From an uncultured Clostridia bacterium (lineage in GTDB: Bacteria; Bacillota; Clostridia; TANB77; CAG-508), in assembly GCA_944388935.1 (NCBI GenBank), contig CALXKK010000005.1, forward strand, positions 6,383 to 70,382: a stretch of 64,000 bases of DNA, read 5' to 3'. The notes under the pieces were generated by a model. The model was not told where the DNA came from and made no database searches. It saw only the letters and a list, made by a program, of their open reading frames with translations. Below, piece after piece: positions 49,341-60,608 of this stretch. The position numbers were made by a program, and so were the translations under genes. How positions within the stretch are numbered: the first letter of the stretch is position 1; each line of letters starts with the position of its first letter.

Positions 49341-50459
49341 ATGGAAAATATAGGTATATATGTGCATATACCTTTTTGTATGAGAAAATGTTATTATTGT
49401 GATTTTACATCATATCCTAACAAATTAGATAAACAAAAAGAATATGTGCAAAAATTGAAGCAAGAGATAGAACACAGAAGCGAAAACGTAAAAAATTACG
49501 TAGATACAATTTATATAGGTGGTGGAACTCCATCAATAATTAATTCAGAATATATAACGGAAATTTTAAATTGCATAAGAGAAAATTATAAGGTAAAGAA
49601 AAATGCAGAAATAACTATAGAAGTGAATCCTGGAACAGTAACAGAAGAAAAATTACAAGAATTTAAAAATGCTGGCATAAATAGATTAAGTATAGGATTG
49701 CAATCTACTAAAGATAGCTTGTTAGAAGAAATAGGAAGAATTCATACTTATGAGGATTTTTTAAATACATATAAATTGGCGAAGCAAATTGGATTAAAAA
49801 ATATTAATGTAGATTTAATGATTGGGCTTCCGGAACAGTCTTTGCAAGATGTTGAAGATAGTATAGAAGAAATTGTAAAACTAAAGCCTAAACATATATC
49901 TGTTTACTCATTAATTTTAGAGGAAAATACAAAATTAGAAGTATTAGTTAATTTAGGAAAATTAGATTTGCCAGATGATGATTTAGAAAGACAAATGTAT
50001 TGGAAGGTTAAAGAATTTCTAGAACAAAATGGATATGAACATTATGAAATTTCTAATTTTGCTAAAAAAGGATATAAATCTAAACATAATTATAACTGTT
50101 GGAAACAACATAGTTACTTAGGATTCGGAGTGGCTGCAAGTTCATATTATAATAATATTAGATATTCTAATACGAATAATTTAGAAGAATATTTGAAAGA
50201 CCCATGTAAAAAACAAATAGAAGAAAAACAGACAATAGAAGATACTAAAAAAGAATATATGATGTTAGGCCTAAGAACATTAGAGGGAATAGATATATCA
50301 GAATTTAAGCAGAAATTTGGAGACAATCCACTATATTTATTTAGGACTGAATTAGATAAATTAGTTAAAGAAGATTTAATAGAAATTGATTTAAATAATA
50401 TTAGACTTACTAATAAAGGTTTAGATTTAGCAAATCTTGTATGGGAAGAATTTGTATAA
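49341..50459 (+). CDS. hemW: Radical SAM heme chaperone HemW (HemN-like coproporphyrinogen III oxidase family)
   Basis: CxxxCxYC motif (CMRKCYYCDF). HemN C-terminal domain. 372 aa. Confidence 0.85.
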   Translation: MENIGIYVHIPFCMRKCYYCDFTSYPNKLDKQKEYVQKLKQEIEHRSENVKNYVDTIYIGGGTPSIINSEYITEILNCIRENYKVKKNAEITIEVNPGTVTEEKLQEFKNAGINRLSIGLQSTKDSLLEEIGRIHTYEDFLNTYKLAKQIGLKNINVDLMIGLPEQSLQDVEDSIEEIVKLKPKHISVYSLILEENTKLEVLVNLGKLDLPDDDLERQMYWKVKEFLEQNGYEHYEISNFAKKGYKSKHNYNCWKQHSYLGFGVAASSYYNNIRYSNTNNLEEYLKDPCKKQIEEKQTIEDTKKEYMMLGLRTLEGIDISEFKQKFGDNPLYLFRTELDKLVKEDLIEIDLNNIRLTNKGLDLANLVWEEFV

Positions 50460-50604
50460 AATAATACAAAAAAATACAAAATATTCTTAAAAAATTGTAA
50501 TGTATTTAAATTTGATGTATGATTATCGCGATAGCACAAACTGTGTAATCCCATTTCTTTCTTAAATTTAGAAATGGTCGTTTCGTTCCGTGAAAGGGGA
50601 CATT

Positions 50605-50865
50605 ATGAGTATTACTCAGAATGCAAGATTAGAGCACAAGCAAGATGTGAGAATGGAGCCTCAAGATAGCATAAGTGCAAATAAACTTTTTAACGAATGG
50701 AAGTTAGACGCTATTAAAAATATCGAGACTGATGCTGAAGGTGTTTCAACGGTTATTATACTGTCTTTTAGTAAGGATTACTTACATAAGGTGTATGATG
50801 ATGCATATGTTCTTAAGAATATGGAAAATGGGAGGACCTTAATTGCCTCCCATTTTCCATGTTAA
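50605..50865 (+). CDS. Hypothetical small protein (86 aa) between hemW and hrcA; last 14 codons encode a perfect 13-bp hairpin
   Basis: AAAGGGGA RBS before ATG 50605. 3' end GGAAAATGGGAGG-accttaattg-CCTCCCATTTTCC (50821-50858) lies inside the CDS, with no T-run after it. Confidence 0.4.
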   Translation: MSITQNARLEHKQDVRMEPQDSISANKLFNEWKLDAIKNIETDAEGVSTVIILSFSKDYLHKVYDDAYVLKNMENGRTLIASHFPC

Positions 50866-50890
50866 TTCACAAAAAATTCACAAAGTTTTT

Positions 50891-50933
50891 TTAGCAAATG
50901 GTATTGACATTTGCTAAAAATGAATATAATATA
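50891..50933 (+). promoter_or_regulatory. dnaK-operon promoter (-35 TTGACA at 50904, -10 TATAAT near 50925); the -35 overlaps a perfect 10-bp inverted repeat TTAGCAAATG-N7-CATTTGCTAA
   Basis: Palindrome 50891-50900 / 50908-50917 with TTGACA at its centre. Confidence 0.5.
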
Positions 50934-50943
50934 TATAAAGAAT

Positions 50944-50970
50944 TTAGCAATCGAATATTAAGAGTGCTAA
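50944..50970 (+). promoter_or_regulatory. CIRCE operator (HrcA binding site), TTAGCAATC-N9-GAGTGCTAA
   Basis: Matches the CIRCE consensus TTAGCACTC-N9-GAGTGCTAA with one mismatch in the left arm. Lies between the promoter and hrcA. Confidence 0.8.
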
Positions 50971-50984
50971 AGAGGTGAAAAAAA

Positions 50985-52025
50985 TTGAAAAAAGATAATT
51001 TAGATGATAGAAAGAAAAAAGTTTTGCAAGCAATTGTAGAAGAATATATAAATACTGCAGAACCAGTTAGCTCAGGGGCTATATCAAAAGGACATGGACT
51101 TGATTATAGTAGTGCTACAATAAGAAATGATATGGCACAACTAGAAAATATAGGATTTTTGGATAAGCCACATACATCATCTGGTAGAGTACCTTCTGCA
51201 AAAGGTTATCGATATTATGTTCATGAACTTTTAAAAGAAGATAATTTAAGTTTGGAAGAAATAAAATATATCCAAAAGAAATTAAAGGTAAAAGTTAATG
51301 AGATAGAAGATTTAACCAAAGCTGCAACAACAACACTTTCTGAAATAACTCATTATACAACAGTAGCTGTTGGACCAAAGTCAGACAAGCAAATAATAGA
51401 AGAAATAAAATTTGTTTCATTAGGTCAAAGGATGCTAATGGTAGTAATAGTAACAGATACAGGTCTGGTTAAAGAAACAATTATAAAATTTGACGAAGAT
51501 ATAACAGATAGCCAAGTAGATACTTTAAATAATTTGTTTAATACAAGACTAAAAGGAAAACCGTTATCAAAAATAGATAAGCCAATGGCAGAGTATATTT
51601 TCTCAGAAGTAAATTATAGTGTTGGGATAATGAAGGCAATAATTGAACAAATAAATAAGATAGTTGATGAAGAAGATAACAATATAATATTGGAAGGTGC
51701 CAAAAATTCATTTGACTTACCAGAATTTAAAAGTATGAAGGTTGCCAAAAATTTTGTTAATTTGCTAGATGCCAAGGACGAAATGCTACAAATATTTAAT
51801 TCTGGAGATGCAGAAGATATAAATGTTTATATTGGTGACGATGACGATAATAGTAATTTAAAAGATTTTAGTATTATAACCTTTAAACATACTATGGGAG
51901 ATAAGGATTTAGGAACAATAGGAATTATAGGACCAAAAAGAATGGATTATGCAAAGGTAATAGCAGTTATGAAATACATAAGTAAAAAAATAAATGAAGA
52001 TAATAATAAGAAAGAGGGTATGTAA
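50985..52025 (+). CDS. hrcA: Heat-inducible transcription repressor HrcA
   Basis: N-terminal winged HTH VLQAIVEEYINTAEPVSSGAI. 346 aa. TTG start with AGAGGTG RBS. Confidence 0.9.
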   Translation: MKKDNLDDRKKKVLQAIVEEYINTAEPVSSGAISKGHGLDYSSATIRNDMAQLENIGFLDKPHTSSGRVPSAKGYRYYVHELLKEDNLSLEEIKYIQKKLKVKVNEIEDLTKAATTTLSEITHYTTVAVGPKSDKQIIEEIKFVSLGQRMLMVVIVTDTGLVKETIIKFDEDITDSQVDTLNNLFNTRLKGKPLSKIDKPMAEYIFSEVNYSVGIMKAIIEQINKIVDEEDNNIILEGAKNSFDLPEFKSMKVAKNFVNLLDAKDEMLQIFNSGDAEDINVYIGDDDDNSNLKDFSIITFKHTMGDKDLGTIGIIGPKRMDYAKVIAVMKYISKKINEDNNKKEGM

Positions 52026-52026
52026 A

Positions 52027-52542
52027 TTGGCAGAAAAAAAAGAACCAAAGAAGGAAACAAAAAAGGAACCAGAAGTAATCAAGTCTGATGAAATGGTAAA
52101 AAAAGAAGAATTAGTAAAGAAACAACAAGATTATGATGAGCTAATGGATAGATATAAGAGAGTTTTAGCAGAATTTGAAAACTACAAAAAGAGAAGCTCA
52201 AAAGAAAGAGACCAATTATATAACTCAATTTTGGGAGATATAATGATTGGAATTTTACCAGTATTGGATAACTTAGAAAAAGCTGTTGCAACCGAGACAG
52301 AGGATAAAAATTATAAACAAGGTGTTGAGCTAGTTTATAAACAATTAAAAGATTTGCTAAAATCAAACGGTGTTGAAGAAATAGAAGCAGTAGGAAAGAC
52401 TTTTGATCCAGAGTTACACGAAGCAGTAAGTTCTGTTGTAGATGAAAACTTAGGAGAAAAAGAAATAAAAGAAGACTATAGAAAAGGATACAAAATTGGC
52501 AATAAAGTAATACGTCATTCTATGGTCGTAGTAGCAAACTAA
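52027..52542 (+). CDS. grpE: Nucleotide exchange factor GrpE
   Basis: RY.R..AEFENYKKR and C-terminal GY.....VIRHSMV motifs. TTG 52027 after a GAGGG RBS (the ORF track starts further upstream, inside hrcA). Confidence 0.85.
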   Translation: MAEKKEPKKETKKEPEVIKSDEMVKKEELVKKQQDYDELMDRYKRVLAEFENYKKRSSKERDQLYNSILGDIMIGILPVLDNLEKAVATETEDKNYKQGVELVYKQLKDLLKSNGVEEIEAVGKTFDPELHEAVSSVVDENLGEKEIKEDYRKGYKIGNKVIRHSMVVVAN

Positions 52543-52684
52543 GACAGCTGTTTGAGCAAAGCGAATTACAGATGTCTTATGCAACCGAATGCAGTGAGGT
52601 TGTAAACCGCTGTATACAAATGACAAATAAGTTAAAAATATATAGAAAGTTATTTATTTTAAAATTTATATAAATATTTTTTAG

Positions 52685-54574
<1,890 letters not shown>

Positions 54575-54629
54575 AGTTTAGTGTTGGAGGGTAAAACCTC
54601 CAACATTTAAACGCTAATTGGAGGATATA

Positions 54630-55784
54630 ATGGCAGAAAAAAGAGATTATTATGAAGTTTTAGGAGTTAATAAAAATGCAACAGATGATGAACTAAAAAA
54701 AGCCTATAGAAAATTAGCCAAAAAATATCATCCTGATGCAAATCCAAATAATAGAAAAGAAGCAGAAGAAAAATTTAAAGAATTAAATGAAGCATACGAA
54801 ACTCTTTCTGATCCACAAAAAAGAAAAATGTATGATCAATTTGGCTTTAATGGTCCACAAGGATTCGGAGGCCAAGGTGCAGGTCAAGGAGGATATTATT
54901 CTTACAGTACTAATGGATTTGATGGATTTGGTAATTTTGGAGATTTTGGCGATATATTTAGTTCATTCTTTTCTGGATTTGGTGGTTCTTCAGGCAGAAG
55001 TAATAGGAATGGACCTAAAAGAGGTAGAGATTTAAGACATGATATAGAGATTACTTTTGAAGAAGCATATTCAGGCATTAAGAAAGAATTCTTTATAAAT
55101 AGAAATGAAAAATGTACAACTTGTAATGGAACAGGTGCAAAACCAGGAACAAGTCCAATAACATGTCCTAATTGCCATGGAACAGGTCAAGTTACACAAG
55201 TTCAAAATACAATTTTAGGACAAATGCAAACTACTAGAACTTGTTCTGAATGTCATGGAACTGGTCAAATTATAAAAGAACCATGTTCAACATGTAGAGG
55301 AAAAGGAACTGTAAGAAAACAAGCCAAAGTTACAATAAATATTCCAGCAGGAATAGACGATAACCAAACTCTAATCTTAAAGAAAGAAGGAGAGCCAGGT
55401 GAAAGAGGCGGAGAAAACGGAGATATTTATGTAACAGTACATCTAAAGAGACACAGTATCTTTACAAGGGATGGAAATAATGTGTTATGCAATATTCCTA
55501 TCACAATGACACAGGCAACACTTGGTGCAGAATTAGAAATCCCAATGGTAGATGGCGAAAAAGTTAAATATAAAATACCAGAAGGAACACAAACAGGAAC
55601 AAGATTTAATATACGTAATAAAGGATTTAAATCTTTAAACGGAAATTGGCAAGGAGATTACATCTTTACAGTTAATGTACAAACTCCAAAGAAATTAACA
55701 AAAGAACAAAGAGACTTATTTACACAATTAGCAAAAACTATGAACGAGCAACCTCCAGTAAAGAAAAGAGGTTTATTTGGATAG
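54630..55784 (+). CDS. dnaJ: Molecular chaperone DnaJ (Hsp40), type I with Gly/Phe-rich region and four CxxCxGxG repeats
   Basis: J-domain HPD motif (KYHPDAN). Zinc motifs [24 protein letters not shown] and CSTCRGKG. Confidence 0.95.
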   Translation: MAEKRDYYEVLGVNKNATDDELKKAYRKLAKKYHPDANPNNRKEAEEKFKELNEAYETLSDPQKRKMYDQFGFNGPQGFGGQGAGQGGYYSYSTNGFDGFGNFGDFGDIFSSFFSGFGGSSGRSNRNGPKRGRDLRHDIEITFEEAYSGIKKEFFINRNEKCTTCNGTGAKPGTSPITCPNCHGTGQVTQVQNTILGQMQTTRTCSECHGTGQIIKEPCSTCRGKGTVRKQAKVTINIPAGIDDNQTLILKKEGEPGERGGENGDIYVTVHLKRHSIFTRDGNNVLCNIPITMTQATLGAELEIPMVDGEKVKYKIPEGTQTGTRFNIRNKGFKSLNGNWQGDYIFTVNVQTPKKLTKEQRDLFTQLAKTMNEQPPVKKRGLFG

Positions 55785-55817
55785 TGAACACGAGGGACGG
55801 ACCTTAAAAGTTCAAAT
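55785..55817 (+). repeat. Copy B of the conserved 24-nt element GGGACGGACCTTAAAAGTTCAAAT, beginning 1 nt after the dnaJ stop codon
   Basis: Exact 24-nt identity with 17562-17585. Local stem TGAAC/GTTCA. Confidence 0.7.
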
Positions 55818-55955
55818 TTTATGTTTACTCTTTGGATTTTTAAGGTTCCTAATGTTCAAAACAGTCAGATGAATACATAAATCATTTGGCTGTTTTTGTT
55901 TTTAAAACTATAGCATTATATATATTTGTGTTAATGAATGAAGGAGAATGATAAA

Positions 55956-56510
55956 ATGATATATATAGTTAGACATGGACAAACGGATTGGAATGTGATA
56001 GGAAGAAACCAAGGAAGAACTGATATTGAGTTAAATGAAACCGGTATTAAACAAGCTGAAGAAACAGCAAAAAAATTAAATGGAAAAAAATTTGATTTTG
56101 TTTTTTCAAGTCCTTTAAAGCGTGCCTATAAAACTGCTCAAATAATTTGTAATAATGATAATATAATTATAGATGAAAGATTGATTGAAAGATGCAATGG
56201 CGATTTAGAAGGTAGATTGAAATCAGAATATAATGGATTGGTAAATTTTGCAGATCCTAATGAAAATAGATATGGCATTGAGCCTTTACCAATTTTTAGA
56301 AGAAGAATAACAGATTTTTTTGCCGATATATTAAAAAAATATCCTGGAAAAGATATCCTTATTGTTACACATGCAGGGATAAGTATTTATGCTAAATGCT
56401 ATTTTGAAGGAGAGCCAAGAGATGGTAATTATAGTAAATACAAATTGAAAAATTGTGAGATTTTACAATATCCAAATGATTTAAAGCATAATAAATTTTA
56501 TGAAATATAA
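55956..56510 (+). CDS. Histidine phosphatase family protein (phosphoglycerate mutase-like)
   Basis: RHGQTDWN catalytic motif. GAAGGAGAA RBS before ATG 55956. Confidence 0.8.
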   Translation: MIYIVRHGQTDWNVIGRNQGRTDIELNETGIKQAEETAKKLNGKKFDFVFSSPLKRAYKTAQIICNNDNIIIDERLIERCNGDLEGRLKSEYNGLVNFADPNENRYGIEPLPIFRRRITDFFADILKKYPGKDILIVTHAGISIYAKCYFEGEPRDGNYSKYKLKNCEILQYPNDLKHNKFYEI

Positions 56511-56661
56511 TAATTAGTTTATCATTGAAAATTATGTAAATCGGAGATATAATATTTTTGTTTCTATTTGAAATGCTTTCTACTTATTTGTAGAAGGAAG
56601 GAGGCTTTTGAGCTTAGACAAGATATATAACATCGTCGGCAAAAAAACGAAAGGGACAGAG

Positions 56662-57045
56662 ATGTCAAAGAAGACAAGCAATAAAAGGTTCATTAAATTT
56701 TTCTTGATATTGGGCATTATAGTTTTTTTTATAGTTAATTGGAAGCTGTGTAATGGTAATTTTGAGCAATTTTGCTCTAATATGACAACAGCTTTAGGGG
56801 TATTAGGAGCTTGTACGTTATTGCTTATTTATGTAATTTGTCCATACTTGTGGATAATACTGATTCCTTTAGCTTTGTGCTTGTTTGATAAAAATGCACG
56901 CCCGTATGCTTTTGCACTTATTATAGTGGCAATGATTTTTGTGGCTTTTGGATTAATATTTTTTCCAAATAGCAAATCAGACGACGACAAGGAAGAAGAT
57001 GATGCTCAAAAGTCAAATGCTCAAGAATCTTCAAATGAGCAATAA
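56662..57045 (+). CDS. Hypothetical membrane protein with acidic C-terminal tail
   Basis: Three hydrophobic helices then a DDDKEEDDAQ tail. ATG 56662 after an AAAGGGA RBS. Followed by the terminator GGCGGAGGTTCTCACAT/ATGTGAGGACCTCCGTC. Confidence 0.5.
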   Translation: MSKKTSNKRFIKFFLILGIIVFFIVNWKLCNGNFEQFCSNMTTALGVLGACTLLLIYVICPYLWIILIPLALCLFDKNARPYAFALIIVAMIFVAFGLIFFPNSKSDDDKEEDDAQKSNAQESSNEQ

Positions 57046-57225
57046 AAGAATTAATGGCGGAGGTTCTCACATTATGTGAGGACCTCCGTCATTTTGCATA
57101 AAAAATATAGATTTTTCGGACCATCTCCAAATCCCTAAAAATCCATAAAATTTTATTTTACATATAAGTATAATGTATGATATAATGCAACGTAAGAAAG
57201 CATAAATTAATATAGGTGATAATAA

Positions 57226-58074
57226 ATGGAGATAATATTAGGTAAAACAGCTGGTTTTTGCACAGGAATTACATTAGCTTTAGATAAAACTGAAAAGGAA
57301 CTAGAAAAGTCAGATAAAGTAGAATGTCTTGGAGATTTACTTCATAATAACCAAGTACTTAATAAATTAAAAAGCAAAGGATTACATATAATAAATGATA
57401 TTAAAGATGCTAAAACTAAAGAAAGAGTCGTTATTAGAGCTCACGGAGTTAAAAAAGAAGTTTATGATTATGCAAAATCAAATGATATAGAATTGCTAGA
57501 TTGTACATGTCCAAAGGTTTTAAGAATTCATAATTTAGCAGAAGAGTTATCAAAAAAAGGTTATTATATAGTGCTAATTGGCGAGAAAAGCCATGCAGAG
57601 GTTCTTGGAACTTTTAGTTTTTGTAAAGATGGTGAAATAATAGAGGATTTAGAAGAATTAAAGCAAAGAGTAGAGGACTTAAAAAAGAAAGAAAAAATTG
57701 CTGTAATAACTCAAACTACATATAATTTGCAAAAGTTTTTAAAAATGGAAGAATTCATTAAAAGTAATTTAGCAGATAATACAGAAATATATAATTGTAT
57801 ATGTAACGCCACAGAAAATAGACAGAAAGAAACAGAAAAAATTGCAAAACAAGTGGATTATATGATTATAATCGGTGGAAAGAAAAGCTCTAACACAAAT
57901 AAATTATATGAGATTTCTCAAAAATATTGTAAGAAAGCAATAAAAATAGAAACCGCACAAGAATTAAACAACGAAGATTTAAGCAATCTAGAAAAAATAG
58001 GTGTTATGGCAGGAGCATCAACACCTAAGGAAAGTATAGATGAAGTTATCGAATTTTTAAAGGAGAGAAAATAA
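57226..58074 (+). CDS. ispH: 4-hydroxy-3-methylbut-2-enyl diphosphate reductase (IspH/LytB), stand-alone (not fused to rpsA)
   Basis: Conserved Cys residues in GFCTG, DCTCP and NTCN contexts. 282 aa. Confidence 0.9.
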   Translation: MEIILGKTAGFCTGITLALDKTEKELEKSDKVECLGDLLHNNQVLNKLKSKGLHIINDIKDAKTKERVVIRAHGVKKEVYDYAKSNDIELLDCTCPKVLRIHNLAEELSKKGYYIVLIGEKSHAEVLGTFSFCKDGEIIEDLEELKQRVEDLKKKEKIAVITQTTYNLQKFLKMEEFIKSNLADNTEIYNCICNATENRQKETEKIAKQVDYMIIIGGKKSSNTNKLYEISQKYCKKAIKIETAQELNNEDLSNLEKIGVMAGASTPKESIDEVIEFLKERK

Positions 58075-58075
58075 C

Positions 58076-59011
58076 TTGAATATAGAAAAAGTTTCTAAAG
58101 AATTAGAAAATTGCATATCTAAAGAATCAAGTATAAAAGAAAATGAATTAATGTCAAAACACACTTCTTTTAAAGTAGGTGGACCTGCAGATATATTTAT
58201 AAACGCTAAAACAGAGGAAGATGTACAAAATATTGTAAAGTATGCTTTTTCAAATAATATTCCTTTAACTGTTATTGGAAATGGAAGTAATTTATTAGTA
58301 AAAGATGGTGGAGTTAGAGGAATAGTCTTAAAAGTAGGCATAGAAGATTTTAGCATAGAAAAAGAAGACGATAATACATATATTGTAACTGCGGGTGCTG
58401 GTGTAAAAAATGGATATGTAGCACAAAAATTATTAATAGATGAAATTGAAGGCTTTGAGTTTGCAGCAGGTATTCCTGGTTCCATTGGCGGAGCAATAAG
58501 GATGAATGCAGGGGCTCATGGCGGAGAAATGAAAGATATTGTGCTAGAAACAAAATGTATGGACATGGATGGAAATATAAAGGTATTTTCAAATTCAGAC
58601 CAAAAATTTCAATACAGAAATAGTATTTTTAGTACAAATAAATATATTATACTAAGTACAAAATTAAAATTAAAACAAGGAATATATAAAGAAATAAAAT
58701 CTAAAATGGATGAATACACAAATTGGAGAAAAGAACATCAACCTATCGAATATCCTTCAGCAGGTAGCACATTTAAAAGAGGTAATGATTTTATTACTGC
58801 AAAATTAATAGATGAATGCGGATTAAAAGGATATAGTATAGGTGATGCAGAAATATCTACAAAACATGCAGGTTTTGTTATTAACAAAGGAAAAGCAAAA
58901 GCAAATGATATATTAAATTTAACGAGATACATTAGTGAAAAAGTCTATGAAAAATTTGGCAAAAAATTGGAGCTAGAGGTACAAGTCATAGGAGAAGATT
59001 TAGAAAACTGA
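58076..59011 (+). CDS. murB: UDP-N-acetylenolpyruvoylglucosamine reductase
   Basis: FAD-binding motifs GGPADIFI and GIPGSIGGAIRMNAGAHGGE. TTG start. Confidence 0.9.
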   Translation: MNIEKVSKELENCISKESSIKENELMSKHTSFKVGGPADIFINAKTEEDVQNIVKYAFSNNIPLTVIGNGSNLLVKDGGVRGIVLKVGIEDFSIEKEDDNTYIVTAGAGVKNGYVAQKLLIDEIEGFEFAAGIPGSIGGAIRMNAGAHGGEMKDIVLETKCMDMDGNIKVFSNSDQKFQYRNSIFSTNKYIILSTKLKLKQGIYKEIKSKMDEYTNWRKEHQPIEYPSAGSTFKRGNDFITAKLIDECGLKGYSIGDAEISTKHAGFVINKGKAKANDILNLTRYISEKVYEKFGKKLELEVQVIGEDLEN

Positions 59012-59036
59012 CAGTGAAAGGATGTATTAAATTAAA

Positions 59037-60590
59037 ATGAAAGGATTTATAGAATGGTTTAGACCAAATGCAAGAATAAAAAGATGGATGTTTTTAATCC
59101 TTGTAGGTATAGTGTTTGCTTGTTATGGTATATCTTCTATAATAGTAAAAGAAGAATTAGAATTAACACAATTATTATTAATCATTTTATCATTTATTGT
59201 AGGTTTTACATGCATAGTAATAGGAATTGTATTTATGCAAAAAAGAACTATGGAAATGTTAATAGAATCTACAGATTCAAGAGTTAAAAATAATAGAAAG
59301 CATATAAATATAAATTCATTAATATTTAACAAAAAAATTTATTCAGAAGGTCCAAAAATTGTTATAATAGGTTCAGGAAATGGTATGGAAACTGTTGCAA
59401 AAGGATTAAAACAATACACAGACAATATAACAGCTATCGTTACAGTATCAGCATATGGAAAAATGAAAAATAGCAATGTGAATTCTATGCCAACAGAAGA
59501 CATAAAAAATACTATGATTGCTTTATCTAGAAATGAAGAACTAGCTAACAAATTAATGAACTACAAATTTAAAAGTGGAGAGCTAAAAGACATAACTTTT
59601 AATGATTTATATTTTGCAACATTGCAAGATATTTCTAAAGATTTTACAGAAGCAATTGATAATTCTAACCAAATATTTGATATAATAGGAAAAATATTAC
59701 CAATTACAAATGATGAAATGAGGATTTGTGCAGAGTTAGAAAATGGTATGATTATAGAAGAAAAAGATAAAATTAGTCAGATTGCATACGATAAAATCAC
59801 AAGAATTAATAGAGTCTATATATCACCACCAAATTGTAGAGCAACACCAGAAGTTATGCAAGCAATAAAAGAAGCAGATTGTATAGTAATTGCTCCAGGA
59901 AGTTTATATACAAATGTAATACCTAATTTATTAGTAAATGGTGTATATAAAGCTATGAAAGAAAGTAAAGCAATAAAAGTATATATTAGTAATATAATGA
60001 CAGAACCTGGACAAACAGATGGATACAAATTATCTGATCATATTAAAGCAATAATGGAACATACAGGCAAAAATGTTATGGATTATTGTATTTATGATAC
60101 AGGAGAAATAATCCCAGAATACATAAAAAAATATAATTTAAAAGGAGCAGAATTAGTAGATTCAGATACTCAAAAAGCTAAAAGCTTGGGAGTAAGATTA
60201 TTGCAAAGAGACTTAGCTTGTGTAGAAAATGGCTATATAAGACATAATCCAGATTTAGTAGCTCGTGCTATTTCAGAATTAATTTGTGATGATTTAAAAT
60301 ATAGAGATAAACAATCAGATCCACAATATCTATTATTAAAATCTAAATTAACATATGAAAAACAATTTAACAAAATAAAGAATAAACCAAAAAGAAAGAA
60401 AAAGAAAGACAATAAGAAAGGTAGAAAAAGTAAATTCTTAGACAGATATGGAAATCGTATAGAAGCTATAAAAAATACAGAAGATGTAAAAATAAAAAAT
60501 AGAGAAATGTTAAAAAATATGGAAAAAGACAAAGAGGAAGAGTTTATAGAAAATTTTATAGAAAAGATTGAACAAAATAAGAAAAAATAA
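59037..60590 (+). CDS. Divergent YvcK/CofD-family (UPF0052, gluconeogenesis-factor-like) protein with N-terminal 2-TM anchor and K-rich C-terminal tail
   Basis: DCIVIAPGSLYTNVIPNLLV and KVYISNIMTEPGQTDGY align with B. subtilis YvcK DLIIIGPGSLYTSILPNLLV and KVYICNVMTQPGET. The N-terminal glycine loop GGGTGL is replaced by GSGNGM, and VADDGGSSG by VSAYGKMKN. Confidence 0.6.
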   Translation: MKGFIEWFRPNARIKRWMFLILVGIVFACYGISSIIVKEELELTQLLLIILSFIVGFTCIVIGIVFMQKRTMEMLIESTDSRVKNNRKHININSLIFNKKIYSEGPKIVIIGSGNGMETVAKGLKQYTDNITAIVTVSAYGKMKNSNVNSMPTEDIKNTMIALSRNEELANKLMNYKFKSGELKDITFNDLYFATLQDISKDFTEAIDNSNQIFDIIGKILPITNDEMRICAELENGMIIEEKDKISQIAYDKITRINRVYISPPNCRATPEVMQAIKEADCIVIAPGSLYTNVIPNLLVNGVYKAMKESKAIKVYISNIMTEPGQTDGYKLSDHIKAIMEHTGKNVMDYCIYDTGEIIPEYIKKYNLKGAELVDSDTQKAKSLGVRLLQRDLACVENGYIRHNPDLVARAISELICDDLKYRDKQSDPQYLLLKSKLTYEKQFNKIKNKPKRKKKKDNKKGRKSKFLDRYGNRIEAIKNTEDVKIKNREMLKNMEKDKEEEFIENFIEKIEQNKKK

Positions 60591-60608
60591 ATAATTGGAG
60601 GCATACAA

